A stretch of 64,000 nucleotides of DNA from an uncultured delta proteobacterium (GCA_963796685.1 CAWCMR010000006.1:96001-160000), one strand, 5' to 3'. Numbered from the stretch's first letter, positions 8,883 to 19,107 are shown. Numbers and translations: made by a program. Notes: generated by a model not told the origin, from the sequence alone.

Positions 8883-11165
8883 ATGACACGAGGAGCTGTA
8901 AGAGAATTCATGCTCTTAAACCCGGCCACCGAGCCTCATACAGGCATGGGACACTCGCCAGCGCGCAAGGAGACGCCCCGAGATGGCGCGAGAACCACTC
9001 GCACCTGCCTCGAGTGCGGTCAGGTCGTGACCGGCACCCTGGACCGTTGTCCCCACGATGGGACACGGCTTCTCTTGGCCAAGGCCACGCTTCGCGTTGG
9101 CACACGCGTCGGAGGGTACGAGATTGGGAGCGTCATCGGCGAGGGCGGGACAGGGATCGTCTACCGCGGGCGCGACGTCTCGCACGTCTCCGATGACAGG
9201 CCCGTCGCCATCAAGGTGCTGCACGACCGGGGCGTTCGTGACAAGGACGTCGTGGAGCAGTTCATCGGCGAGGGCAGGGCCACCCGCGGCATCCGCCACC
9301 CCAACGTCATCGAGGTGCTCGACCTCGGTACCACACCCGACGGCGCGCCCTTTCTCGTGATGGAGTACCTGGAAGGGGAGAGCCTGCGCAACCGTCTGCA
9401 CTCGGCTTCGCGCCTGCCGCTCTTCGAAGCCATCAACATTCTCAGGCAGGTGGCACGCGGGCTGGGCGCGGCGCACGAGGCGGGCATCGTCCACGGCGCG
9501 CTCAAGCCGGCCGACATCTTCCTGTGCAAGCGCGCGGGCCGACGTCGCATCGTTCGTCGCAGCAAGGCGCACGGCATGCGTCTGGTGGTCGAGCCCGAGG
9601 AGAGCTTCGACCTGGTGAAGCTGCTCGATTTCGGGATGGCCAGGTTCCTCGACCTGGCTCCCGGCGCGCAGCCTCGGGCCGGGGCGGTGTCCGGCACGCT
9701 TCACTACCTGTCGCCCGAACAAGTCCAAGGGCAGCCCCCAGGCCAGCAGAGCGACATCTATTCCTTGGGCGTCGTGTTCTACGAGATGATCACCGGGACG
9801 GTCCCGTTCGCTGGCGAAACGCTGCTCGACATCCTCAGGGGGCACGTGTCGGGCCAGGTCATCACGCCCAGTCGCCGCACCCCTGGGGCCGGCATCCATA
9901 TGCGCATCGACGAATTGATCCTGAGGTGCCTGAAGAAGAATCCGATGCTGCGGTTCGCCAGCACCGGCGAGCTGTGCGAGGCACTCGACGGTTGCATCAC
10001 CGACCGCGCCTTCCTGCGGGACGCGCATCGCCTGTCGGGAATCACGGAGTCGGGCATCGATCTGTCGCAAGCCTCGCCCGAGGCGCGCCATGAGCCGGCG
10101 CGATCCGTGGAAAAGCCAGCGGCAGCGCCGGTGGCTGGGATGCCCGCGGTAGGGTCGGTGGCAGAGAAGCCCGCGGCAGCGTCGCCGGCGCAGAAAACGG
10201 CGGTCACGCCCGTCGCGGAGAAACCAGTGTCGGTCCCGCAGAAGCCGGACCCGCTCGCCGAGATCCCCGCCGATGAGCGACCAACCTTGAGGATCGTCGA
10301 ACGTCCCGAGGCGATGGTCCCGGACGCGGACGAGCGCCCCGCGCACTTCAACTTGGAGGAAGACATCCTGCCCGTCTCGCGTTGGCCGCGGGCGATTGCC
10401 GTGGTGGGGGTGCTTTTGCTCGGTGGCGTCGGGATCGCGATTTGGGCCTCGCACAGCGGCTCGGCTCAGAGCGTGGCAAAGCCTGCCACTGCCCCGCGGC
10501 CGGCTCCGGTTGCTATGCCCGCGCCACCGCCGCCGCCACCTGCGGCAGCCGCAGCGACCGCGCCGGCTCCCACGCTCGCACCGTCGCCGCCGCACCTTGC
10601 GACCCCGCCGACGATGGCCCCGGTCGTCGCGCCCATCGCGCCCGCAAAGCAGACGGCCGCGCCGCCCAGCCTCGCACCCAACCCGCCCGCCGAGATGGCC
10701 AGGCCCGCGGCGCGTGGTCCGGACAAGCTCGCATCGTCCCGGCTCCGTCCGGCTCGGGCAAACGGCGCTCGCCGGACCCTACGGATGAGCCGCGCGTCCC
10801 CCGAGGCTGCGCCGCCTTCCGCCAAGCCAGTGCCTTTGCCCGAGACCGCGCCACGAGTGGGGAGCACGGCCACGACCGAAGGTCAGCCGACCTCGCCTGC
10901 GCCGGCCAACGCCGACGAGCTCGTGCACGGTGCCCAGCAGGCCTGGATGGGGGGACACTACGCCCTGGCAATCAGCAAGGCGCGGGCAGCGCTCAAGGCC
11001 GAGCCCAAGCCCGCGCAGGCTGCACAGGCCTACGAGATCATTGGGACCTCCTTGTGTGCGATTGGCGAGGCCGACGCCGCCCGCGAGGCTGCCTCCCATC
11101 TCGACGGCGCGAATCGCGAGCTGGTCAAGACAATGTGCGAGAAGACCGGGGTGAGGATCGAGTAA
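8883..11165 (+). CDS. Membrane Hanks-type Ser/Thr kinase-like protein (probable pseudokinase): Zn-ribbon, kinase, TM, Pro/Ala linker, TPR-like tail; start could be 8946
   Basis: CxxC...CPHDG; GEGGTG, VAIK, DFG and SPE present; catalytic loop reads HGALKPAD; TM 'AIAVVGVLLLGGVGIAIWA'. Confidence 0.85.
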   Translation: MTRGAVREFMLLNPATEPHTGMGHSPARKETPRDGARTTRTCLECGQVVTGTLDRCPHDGTRLLLAKATLRVGTRVGGYEIGSVIGEGGTGIVYRGRDVSHVSDDRPVAIKVLHDRGVRDKDVVEQFIGEGRATRGIRHPNVIEVLDLGTTPDGAPFLVMEYLEGESLRNRLHSASRLPLFEAINILRQVARGLGAAHEAGIVHGALKPADIFLCKRAGRRRIVRRSKAHGMRLVVEPEESFDLVKLLDFGMARFLDLAPGAQPRAGAVSGTLHYLSPEQVQGQPPGQQSDIYSLGVVFYEMITGTVPFAGETLLDILRGHVSGQVITPSRRTPGAGIHMRIDELILRCLKKNPMLRFASTGELCEALDGCITDRAFLRDAHRLSGITESGIDLSQASPEARHEPARSVEKPAAAPVAGMPAVGSVAEKPAAASPAQKTAVTPVAEKPVSVPQKPDPLAEIPADERPTLRIVERPEAMVPDADERPAHFNLEEDILPVSRWPRAIAVVGVLLLGGVGIAIWASHSGSAQSVAKPATAPRPAPVAMPAPPPPPPAAAAATAPAPTLAPSPPHLATPPTMAPVVAPIAPAKQTAAPPSLAPNPPAEMARPAARGPDKLASSRLRPARANGARRTLRMSRASPEAAPPSAKPVPLPETAPRVGSTATTEGQPTSPAPANADELVHGAQQAWMGGHYALAISKARAALKAEPKPAQAAQAYEIIGTSLCAIGEADAAREAASHLDGANRELVKTMCEKTGVRIE

Positions 11166-11248
11166 GGGGTTCAAGCTTCCAGGGAACCGCTACCTCCAGG
11201 CGCTTTTCGTTGCTCCGCTCCGGGCGTCTGCCACAAACTACCCCGGAC

Positions 11249-12158
11249 ATGGGAGCTCGAGGACGCGCGCCAAGGATTGCTGCAGCTTGTATCGGCCTGT
11301 GCATCGCCGACGCCGGCTCGCACGCCGCGCCGACGAGCCGGACGACCGTCAATACCGGCGAATCGCTTCCGCGCACGGCGGTGTCGGATCGGCGGTGCCT
11401 CGATCGGAAGGCGGGGGCCACGCGATGGCTGGGCTCCAACCCGCATGTGCCTTTCTTCGTCGTGGCGGGCGACGACATCGAGCCTGCGGGGAATGCGTGT
11501 TGCGCGCCGTGGGCGGTGCGCGGGTCGCGCTGGCGGGCCATCGGACGCTACGGCGATGTGACGGGCCTGGCCAAGGTCAGCGGCGGCGAGGGGTACGACC
11601 TCACCCAGTGCTACGAGCTCGACCTCGCGATGGTCCATGGCGTGCCAGGGGTTGGTTTGTTTGCCTCGGAGAATGGCAGGTGGAAGCCGCCCGCGCGGTC
11701 GGCCCGCTGGGAGCCGACCCGGGACGAGCTCGACGGTCTTGAACGCATGGTTGGCCTCCTCGAGGCGTTGTTCGAAAAGCCGCGCTGGGAGCCCGAGCGC
11801 GAGAGCAAGCCGCCCAGACCGGCGCAGCTGCGCGAGCGTATGCTGCCCTTTTCCATCGCCCTGGATGCGCAGAGCGGCGAGCGCGGCAAGCGCTTTGTCG
11901 CCATCGGTGGGCGCGCGTTGATTGTCGCTCGACTGGACGAGAAGGAGGGTTGGCGGCTGTCGCACGTCGACCTCTCCTTTGCCATGGACGGGGTCGAGAG
12001 CATCTTCCCGTTGGCGGCCTTCGACGTAGACGGTGACGGCGTGCCTGAGCTCGATCTACCACTGGAACGCGGGCGACGACTGGGCCGACGTGATCCTGCG
12101 CTTCGACGCTCACGGGTGGACCCCCATGGCCGAGAGCGTGGGCGGCTCGAGCGCGTAA
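11249..12158 (+). CDS. Hypothetical exported protein with DxDGDG motif, apparent +1 frameshift at ~12052
   Basis: Signal-like N-terminus; 'DVDGDGVPEL' continues as 'IYHWNAGDDWADVILRFDAHGWTPMAESVGGSSA*' if one base is removed in GAGCTCGATC. Confidence 0.5.
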
Positions 12159-12166
12159 CGTCTGAT

Positions 12167-12317
12167 GACCTGTCCATGAATTGGACAGGTCGAAGGAAGC
12201 CGAGCCAAAGGCTCGGCCGCAGGTGGGGTGAAGTCCGCGAATTCACTTCGCGGACGAGGGGCGGGCCGCGGCCCGCCCCTTTGAAATCTTCAAGACGGGT
12301 CCATTTATGGACACGTC
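12167..12317. mobile_element. MITE-like / structured non-coding element with terminal inverted repeats and five hairpins
   Basis: Left end GACCTGTCCATGAAT versus reverse complement of right end GACGTGTCCATAAAT; hairpins at 12167-12191, 12199-12217, 12233-12255, 12257-12280, 12290-12321. Confidence 0.6.
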
Positions 12318-12441
12318 TTGAGCGGTGCCGGCTCTGCCGATGGCGGCAACCGGCGGGAATATTTGGCCTGCCGCCCTGTTCTATACGTATGCGAGACACA
12401 GCCTTGCTCGGACGAGCCCCGTGGGGCAGAACGCCAGTTGC

Positions 12442-14688
12442 ATGTTGAGGGTCAAAACCAAAGCTCTTGGCCTGTTGTGCGCCGTCGGGCTCGCTGTTAC
12501 CACGGCGGTCTGGGGCGGTCAGCCGTCGTCCAAGGCAAGCCCCACGGATGCGACCGAAGCCAATATCACGCTGGTGACGGCCGGATTCCTGGAACACTCG
12601 CAGCTATCGCATCACCCGCTCGACACCGAGCTGGCGGGCAAGTTCCTCGATCGCTATCTCGACGATTTGGACGGATCGCGATCGCTGTTCTTGCAGTCCG
12701 ACATCCAGGAGCTTGCCGCCTTTCGCTCGACCTTGGCCGAGGCCATCCACAAAAACGGCGACACCAGCGCGGCCCACGCCATCTTTGCGCGTTACATCGA
12801 GAGGCTGGGGCAAAGGGTAGCCTACGACACCAAGCTCTTGCGGACCGAGAAGCTCGACTTCACGGGGCACGATGTCTACGCCTTCGATCGGGAGCACGCC
12901 GAGCGTCCGCGCGATTTGCAGGCGGCCGAGAAGATCTGGCGACAGCAGATTCGCGCCGAGTATTTACAGGAGAAGCTGGCGGGCAAGTCGCCCTCCGAGA
13001 TCGTGCATGCGCTGTTGCGCAGGAGAGCCCACCAACTTGCCACCATGAAGGGCATGACCGGCAGCGAGGTGATCGAGATCTTTCTGGACGCCCTGGCCCA
13101 CGTCTACGACCCGCACACGGACTATCTGGGGCACGAGCAGATGGAAAGCCTGGCCATCTCCATGAACCTGTCGCTCTTCGGCATCGGTGCGGCGCTGCAG
13201 ACGGAAGACGGCTACTGCAAGATTCACGAGCTCTTGCCGGGCGGGCCGGCGCTGCGCAGCGGTCAGCTCAAACCCGGCGATCGCATCCTCGCGGTCGCGC
13301 AATCGAAGGGCGAGCCCGTCGACGTCACCAACATGCCCATCTCGCGCACCGTCGAGCTGATCCGCGGCCCGAAGGGGACGACCGTGAGGTTGACCATCCT
13401 TCCTGCCGGGGCCGCCGAGGGAGCGGTCACCAAGACCGTGTCGCTGGTGCGTGACGAGATCAAGCTCGAAGACCAGGAGGCCAAGGCCCGCATCCTGGAC
13501 ATGCCGACCGACAAGGGGGGCACGCTTCGGGTGGGGGTCATCGATCTGCCGTCGTTCTACGCCGACATGGGGGGGCGCAAGGGGGCCAAACCTCGCAGCG
13601 CGACCGCGGACGTGGCGCGCCTGCTGGCCAAGTTGAAGCAGGAGCACGTGCGTGGCGTGATCCTGGATTTGCGAGGCAACGGCGGCGGCTCACTGGAAGA
13701 GGCGATTAGCCTGACCGGGCTGTTCATTCGTCGGGGCCCGGTGGTGCAGACCCGCGGCCTCGAAGGCCAGATCGAGGTGAGCTCGGACCAGGATCCCGCC
13801 GTTCAATACGACGGGCCGTTGATCGTGCTGACCAGCCGATTCAGCGCTTCCGCGTCGGAGATCCTGGTCGGAGCCTTGAAGGACTATGGTCGCGCGCTGG
13901 TGGTGGGGGATTCCTCGACCTTCGGCAAGGGCACGGTGCAAAGCATTCTGCCACTCGGGATGATGATGGATCGGGCAGGCTTTACCCATGCCTACGACCC
14001 CGGTGCGCTCAAGGTCACCATGAGCAAGTTCTACCGGCCAAACGGCGCCTCGACGCAACTGCGCGGCGTGGCCTCCGACATCGTGCTGCCTTCGCCCAGT
14101 GACCTCAGCGACGTCAACGAGTCGGCCCTGAAGGACCCCTTGCCGTGGGACTCCGTGCCCGCCGCGCCCCACGAACAACTGAATCGGGTGCAGCCCTATC
14201 TCGCGACCCTGCGGGAGCGCTCGCACCATCGCATCGACACGGAGAAGGAGTTCAGCTTTTTGGAGGAGGATATCGCTCGTCTCAAGAAGAGCGTGGCCGA
14301 AAAATCGGTCTCGCTCAACGAGGCCGAGCGCCGGCAGGAGATGGCGAAGCTCAAGGCCCGGCAAGAGGCGCGCAAGCAGGCAGAGCTGGCCCATCCCACC
14401 CCGGAGCCCAAGACCTACGAGATCACCCCAGAGAACGCCTCCGCGCCCGGCCTACCGCCCCCCATGGCGGCGAAGAAGCAGGACCCCTCGAGCGGGGGCG
14501 CGCCGTCCGGCGAGAAGTCGCCTTCCTCTGCGGATGACCTCGATCAGGTGACCGTCGGCAAGTCTCCCGACAGCGACATCATCTTGCACGAGACCGAGAA
14601 GATCCTCGGCGATTACGTCGACCTTCTCGGCGCTCAGCCCAAGGGACCCCGTCTCGCCGGCCCGCGACCCCTCGGAGCCGACTTGTAG
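12442..14688 (+). CDS. prc: Carboxy-terminal processing (tail-specific) protease, S41A
   Basis: Signal peptide, 'YDPHTDYL', PDZ 'GIGAAL...GGPA', 'LDLRGNGGGSL', 'SASASEIL', 'TFGKGTVQ'. Confidence 0.92.
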   Translation: MLRVKTKALGLLCAVGLAVTTAVWGGQPSSKASPTDATEANITLVTAGFLEHSQLSHHPLDTELAGKFLDRYLDDLDGSRSLFLQSDIQELAAFRSTLAEAIHKNGDTSAAHAIFARYIERLGQRVAYDTKLLRTEKLDFTGHDVYAFDREHAERPRDLQAAEKIWRQQIRAEYLQEKLAGKSPSEIVHALLRRRAHQLATMKGMTGSEVIEIFLDALAHVYDPHTDYLGHEQMESLAISMNLSLFGIGAALQTEDGYCKIHELLPGGPALRSGQLKPGDRILAVAQSKGEPVDVTNMPISRTVELIRGPKGTTVRLTILPAGAAEGAVTKTVSLVRDEIKLEDQEAKARILDMPTDKGGTLRVGVIDLPSFYADMGGRKGAKPRSATADVARLLAKLKQEHVRGVILDLRGNGGGSLEEAISLTGLFIRRGPVVQTRGLEGQIEVSSDQDPAVQYDGPLIVLTSRFSASASEILVGALKDYGRALVVGDSSTFGKGTVQSILPLGMMMDRAGFTHAYDPGALKVTMSKFYRPNGASTQLRGVASDIVLPSPSDLSDVNESALKDPLPWDSVPAAPHEQLNRVQPYLATLRERSHHRIDTEKEFSFLEEDIARLKKSVAEKSVSLNEAERRQEMAKLKARQEARKQAELAHPTPEPKTYEITPENASAPGLPPPMAAKKQDPSSGGAPSGEKSPSSADDLDQVTVGKSPDSDIILHETEKILGDYVDLLGAQPKGPRLAGPRPLGADL

Positions 14689-14766
14689 CACCACGACCGC
14701 GCCCCAATCTCGCGCCAAGGAGAGCGACAGCGCGGTCGCTGCCAGGGGCTGGTTCAGTTCGGTGCT

Positions 14767-17700
14767 CTAGTCTTTGTTCCCGACCTGAACATCATCGGGA
14801 AGCTCCGAGATCAATGCTCCGGCGGTGATGGGGGTCGAGACGTAATCCGGTTCAGGCTTGATTTCGGCCGCCAGCGGGTATTCGGTTGGCTTCATCTGAT
14901 TGAGCTCGACCTCGCACAGGTTCGACCACTCGTTGAACCACGATTCCTTGGTAGCGGCCTTGAGGCATAGCTCGTAGCCCGTGATGGCCTTGGACTCGAT
15001 GGGCTCCGCCTTGTCGACCAGGGCGTCGCAGAAGATCTCGCGCGGCCGGTTGCCCCACTCGTCCTGCTCCTTGAGATCCTTGGGAATGTCGGCGGTGTAG
15101 AGCTGATTGACGAAGTCGGCGAAGACCTGGCCGATGCGCGCCGACGCGGCAATGGTCCAATGGGCCACGTGGTAGTCGAGCACGAAATCGTACATCCCTT
15201 TCCTGTCCTTGCTCGAGCTCGCCAGGCGGTCGGCCAGCTTGGTCTTTTCGTTCAGGTAGGCCAGGAACTTCTTCTCCGAATCGTCGTATTTCTTCTTCTT
15301 GGCCGTGGCGACTTTCTTGCTGTCGTATTGTGTCGGCTGCTGGAAGTCGAGGCCTTGCGGGAACTTGACCTTGAGGAACTGCTCGTAGACCTGCTCTGCC
15401 TGGTAGAAGGCCGCGCCGGCCACGGCAAAGCGCATGAAGGCATCGCGAGCCGCGGCCTCGTCATGGTTCGTTACCTGGCTTTGCAGCTTCTTTTCGGCCT
15501 CGCCCTTGGCCCACAATTTGAGCACCTCATTGAAGTCTTTCTGGGCCTCGGCGGCCAGTTTGGGCGAACGGTCGTACACGGTGATCTTCGAGCTGGTGGG
15601 CGGGCCGCACTGGGTGCGAAGCTTCTCCCGCAGCTTCTTCTTCCTGTCCTTGATCTTCCTGTTGATCTCGTACAGCGCCTTCTGTTTGCCGTTCATGGTC
15701 AGGCGGTCGATCTTGATGCACGCCCCGTTCACGCCCGCCTGTGGGCAGGACTTCGCCCAGGCGATTTCACCGAGCTTGAAGTGCGCGAGGATCTCTTTGT
15801 CGATGCCCCCCTTGGCACCCCACTTCTTCAGGTATGCCTCGAGGTTCTTGGCGAGCTCGTCGGTCTTGTTCTCTTTCTCGTACACCTCGCTCATCTGGAA
15901 CACGACATTGGCGGTCTCGGCGGGACGTTTTGCGCCGTAGTACTTGACGAAGTTGTTCATGTCCTGAATCGCCTGGTCGAACTCGCCCAGACCGATGCGG
16001 AACGAATAGGCATTGCCGAGCGCGGTCAGCGCCTTCTTTTCCCCGGGGAACTTGTTGGCGAATTCCTCGTAGCGCCTGGCCGCCTCGGAGTAGTAGGCGA
16101 GCTGGTGGTAGCCGGAGGCGATCTGGAACAGCGCCCGCTGCGCCAGCGGATCGTTCGGGTGGTCCTTGATGAGCTCTTCACGCGCCTTGATGGCCTGACC
16201 AATCAGGTGCGCGTTCTGGAAGCACAATCCGGCATTGTATAGGCGCTGGGCGTGATCCTTGTGCTCGGGCAGCGTCTCGGCGGCAGCGATGAAGGAGATC
16301 CCGCATTCCTTGTAGTTCTTGTCCTTCTCGTACTGCTTCGCTTCGGCAACCAGACTGTCGGTCTTGAGCGATACCATCTGTTTGCGGAATTCCTCGTCCT
16401 TCATGAGGATGGGATTGGCCAGATAGTTGTCGACGGTGTGCAGCAGCTCCTTGTAGCGGTGGAGAATGTTGAGACAATCGAGGAGTAGGTTGGCCGAGTA
16501 GATCGCGAGCTCGTCGGTCGTGTTGTGGTCGACAATGTCGGCAAAGAGCTTGATGGCCTCGTCGAAGTGATTGTAGTCGTAGAAGATGCGCGCCTTGCGG
16601 TACTTGATCTTGACCAGCTCCGGGGCATCGGGCACGTATTTGATATAGGTATCGAAGGCATCGATCATCTTTTGCTGATACTCGGGGATCGGCCGCGGCT
16701 CCAATTTCTTCTCGCGATCCTTTTCCCTGTCCACGCCTTCGCCCTCGTCGCTGATGTTGAGGGCGTTCTTCCAGGCCAGCACGGCGGCGTAGGCGGCCTC
16801 CTTGACGTACTTACCCTTGGGGTCGAGGTGGATGACCTTGGTGTACGTCTCGGCCGCCTCCTTCCACGCGTTCATCTGCCACAGAATCTCGCCGTAATAG
16901 AAGGTCATCTCCGGCGTGTCCTTTTCGTTGCCGAAGTGGTTCAAGAACTCCCTGTAGACCATTCCCGCCAGTTGGTAGGTGTCGGCGTTCTTGGTCCGCT
17001 GCGCCTCCTTGTGCCAGATGAGCGCCAGCTCCTTGGCCGTGTCGTGGTACACGTTCTGGCACTCCCTCATGAGGTCTTTCTTGACGTCCGTTCGTTTGGC
17101 CGTCGCCTCGTACACGTTGCCCAGTCGAATGAGCTCTTGCACTTGGTCTCTCTTGGTGCCGCTGGACAGCGTGTTGCGCAGGATCTTGTCCTGCCACTCG
17201 CAAAGGCGCTGCGAGCCTTCGTTGAGGGAGATGATCTTCCGGTAGACCCTCGATGACTCGGTGAACATACCCTGTTCCCAGTACAGCTCGGCCAACGCCT
17301 CGAGCATCTTGGGCGCGTAGTCGCCGCCCATGCGCTGGAAGAACTCCCAGGCCTTGTCGGGGCTGGCGCCGGGTGTTCGGCCATAGGCCTTGACCAGATC
17401 CTTCTTGGCCTCCCGTTCGAGTGGCCCGGCCTGGTTCTTCGCGATCTTTCCGTTCTGGCAAAGTTGGATGACCTTGACGAAGATCTCGAGCGCGTTCTTG
17501 AAGTTGCCGAGATTGATCTCGACCCAGCCCTTCTTGTACAGGGCATAGCCGAACACCGTGGAGGCGGGAAATTCCGTGACCTTATCGTAGAATTTTCCGG
17601 CGGTTTCCATGTCGCCCTTCTGGAAGTACAGCTCGGCAAACGAGAGGTAGGCGTTGGGCACGTACTTCGACTGCGGATAGTCCTTGATGAGGCGGTGGTA

Positions 17701-18315
17701 GAATTCGCGCGCCTGGTCTTCCTTTTTCAGCATCTGCAGCAGGTACGCCAGCCGGAAGAGCACCTCGTCCATGCGCGCGTAGGTCGGGTATTTGGAGGCG
17801 GCGACGTAGCTCTTGACCGCCTTCAGCGCCGAATCGTCGGCCAGCTTCTGGTAGCGCTGCTGCTTCTGTTGCAGGCTGGCCACGAGGCCGGGGTTCTTCG
17901 CCTGCTGCGCCTCGTAGATCTTTTCGTCGAGGGCGCGCGCGTTGAACGTCAGATAGCGCTCCTTGTCGGCAAAGAGCTCGCCGAGGCGGAACATATAGTC
18001 CGGTTTCTGTGGATCGTCGTTGGAGGAGTTCTCCACCAGATCGTACATGTACCGGATCTGCTTGTCCGTGATTGCATTGATCTTGTTTCTCTGTTGACCC
18101 TCGAACGCGTCCACGGTCAGGACCGGTCCGGTCTCCTTCTTCTGCTCCTTGGGCGGCTCCTTGGGGCGCGTAAGCTCGGTTTGCGTCCCCTCGGTGACCT
18201 CGACTTCCTTCTTCTTGAACCTGGCCTCGGCTTGGGCCGAGGTCGCGGCAAAGGTGGCCGCGGCGAGAAAGGCCCCGAACAGGGCGAACCGCGCGAAGAG
18301 TCGACTGAGATTCAT
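14767..18315 (-). CDS. Large exported TPR protein, GltD/AgmU (adventurous gliding) like
   Basis: Signal peptide, AGGAG RBS, ~1180 aa of TPR repeats, C-terminal 'WTIAASARIGQ...FCDAL...WFNEWS..CE' as in myxobacterial GltD-like proteins. Confidence 0.7.
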   Translation of the reverse strand: MNLSRLFARFALFGAFLAAATFAATSAQAEARFKKKEVEVTEGTQTELTRPKEPPKEQKKETGPVLTVDAFEGQQRNKINAITDKQIRYMYDLVENSSNDDPQKPDYMFRLGELFADKERYLTFNARALDEKIYEAQQAKNPGLVASLQQKQQRYQKLADDSALKAVKSYVAASKYPTYARMDEVLFRLAYLLQMLKKEDQAREFYHRLIKDYPQSKYVPNAYLSFAELYFQKGDMETAGKFYDKVTEFPASTVFGYALYKKGWVEINLGNFKNALEIFVKVIQLCQNGKIAKNQAGPLEREAKKDLVKAYGRTPGASPDKAWEFFQRMGGDYAPKMLEALAELYWEQGMFTESSRVYRKIISLNEGSQRLCEWQDKILRNTLSSGTKRDQVQELIRLGNVYEATAKRTDVKKDLMRECQNVYHDTAKELALIWHKEAQRTKNADTYQLAGMVYREFLNHFGNEKDTPEMTFYYGEILWQMNAWKEAAETYTKVIHLDPKGKYVKEAAYAAVLAWKNALNISDEGEGVDREKDREKKLEPRPIPEYQQKMIDAFDTYIKYVPDAPELVKIKYRKARIFYDYNHFDEAIKLFADIVDHNTTDELAIYSANLLLDCLNILHRYKELLHTVDNYLANPILMKDEEFRKQMVSLKTDSLVAEAKQYEKDKNYKECGISFIAAAETLPEHKDHAQRLYNAGLCFQNAHLIGQAIKAREELIKDHPNDPLAQRALFQIASGYHQLAYYSEAARRYEEFANKFPGEKKALTALGNAYSFRIGLGEFDQAIQDMNNFVKYYGAKRPAETANVVFQMSEVYEKENKTDELAKNLEAYLKKWGAKGGIDKEILAHFKLGEIAWAKSCPQAGVNGACIKIDRLTMNGKQKALYEINRKIKDRKKKLREKLRTQCGPPTSSKITVYDRSPKLAAEAQKDFNEVLKLWAKGEAEKKLQSQVTNHDEAAARDAFMRFAVAGAAFYQAEQVYEQFLKVKFPQGLDFQQPTQYDSKKVATAKKKKYDDSEKKFLAYLNEKTKLADRLASSSKDRKGMYDFVLDYHVAHWTIAASARIGQVFADFVNQLYTADIPKDLKEQDEWGNRPREIFCDALVDKAEPIESKAITGYELCLKAATKESWFNEWSNLCEVELNQMKPTEYPLAAEIKPEPDYVSTPITAGALISELPDDVQVGNKD

Positions 18316-18337
18316 GGGTGTTCTCCTATGCCTCGCA

Positions 18338-19009
18338 TCATCCGTGCCTTGCCCCATCTGTGCATTCACGGTGCCACCGGTTGTCATGGGCGGGCGGCTT
18401 GCGACCTTGCCCAATGCGACGATTCCGCGCGCTGAATTTCGTTTTGGCCACGAGGCAATTCGTCACGTGTGGCAGGTCGCCACGCCACAACAGCTCTCCC
18501 GAACTTGGAGTCCGCCCACGGGCTGCGCACTTCGAGCTGTCTCTACTTTTGGGCCGGACGAGGCTTGCTCGGCGCCTTCTCTTCAGAAGCTGCACATCCG
18601 CCTCGGTCTCGTCGGATGCCTCCATTTCCTCTTCTTCGGATTCCTCCAAGTCCATCGGAGTCGGAGGGCCGTGCCCCATGGCAGTGGGTAATGGCTCTTG
18701 CGTCGAGCCGGGCGGATTGGACTCATCAGGTTGGGTGTCGAATTCGCTGCCGGCATCGCTCTCGAGGAAGGGCCCTCCCATGTCCTCGGGTACTTCCTGT
18801 TCGAAATCCTCGTCGGCCACATCCTCGCCGGTCGTGGCAGCGCTCACGAAGTCCTCGGCCAATGCATTGGCGAGGTCGTCTTCACTTCTGGCAGGCCCAT
18901 TGGCCGGGTCGGGAATGAAGGCGTTCGCGTCGTCGTGGCGCACTCTACTCACGCGCGCGTCCGGCTCTGCAGGATGCGTCTGTTTGCCCCCACTCAATCG
19001 TTTGGCCAT
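18338..19009 (-). CDS. Acidic hypothetical protein (C-terminal extent doubtful)
   Basis: 'DANAFIPDP...LAEDFVSAATTGED...EDMGGPFLE'; strongly Asp/Glu-rich core. Confidence 0.55.
   Translation of the reverse strand: MAKRLSGGKQTHPAEPDARVSRVRHDDANAFIPDPANGPARSEDDLANALAEDFVSAATTGEDVADEDFEQEVPEDMGGPFLESDAGSEFDTQPDESNPPGSTQEPLPTAMGHGPPTPMDLEESEEEEMEASDETEADVQLLKRRRRASLVRPKSRDSSKCAARGRTPSSGELLWRGDLPHVTNCLVAKTKFSARNRRIGQGRKPPAHDNRWHRECTDGARHG
18361..18376 (-). promoter_or_regulatory. Candidate sigma-54 (-24/-12) promoter for the TPR gene
   Basis: Minus strand TGGCAC-CGTGA-ATGCA, GG-N10-GC spacing, ~45 bp upstream of ATG. Confidence 0.5.
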
Positions 19010-19107
19010 ACATGAACTATACCCCCGGCGGTGCAACGTGCTTCCCCCGACAGCCGCGTCGACGCTCGGCGCGGACTTCGCCCGCAACCCAAGGCTTCAT
19101 CCGGCCG

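Noticed and set aside
10382-12448. 688-aa ORF spanning the kinase end and prc start
   Set aside because: Only ~11249-12050 looks coding; the rest is overlap plus read-through caused by the frameshift
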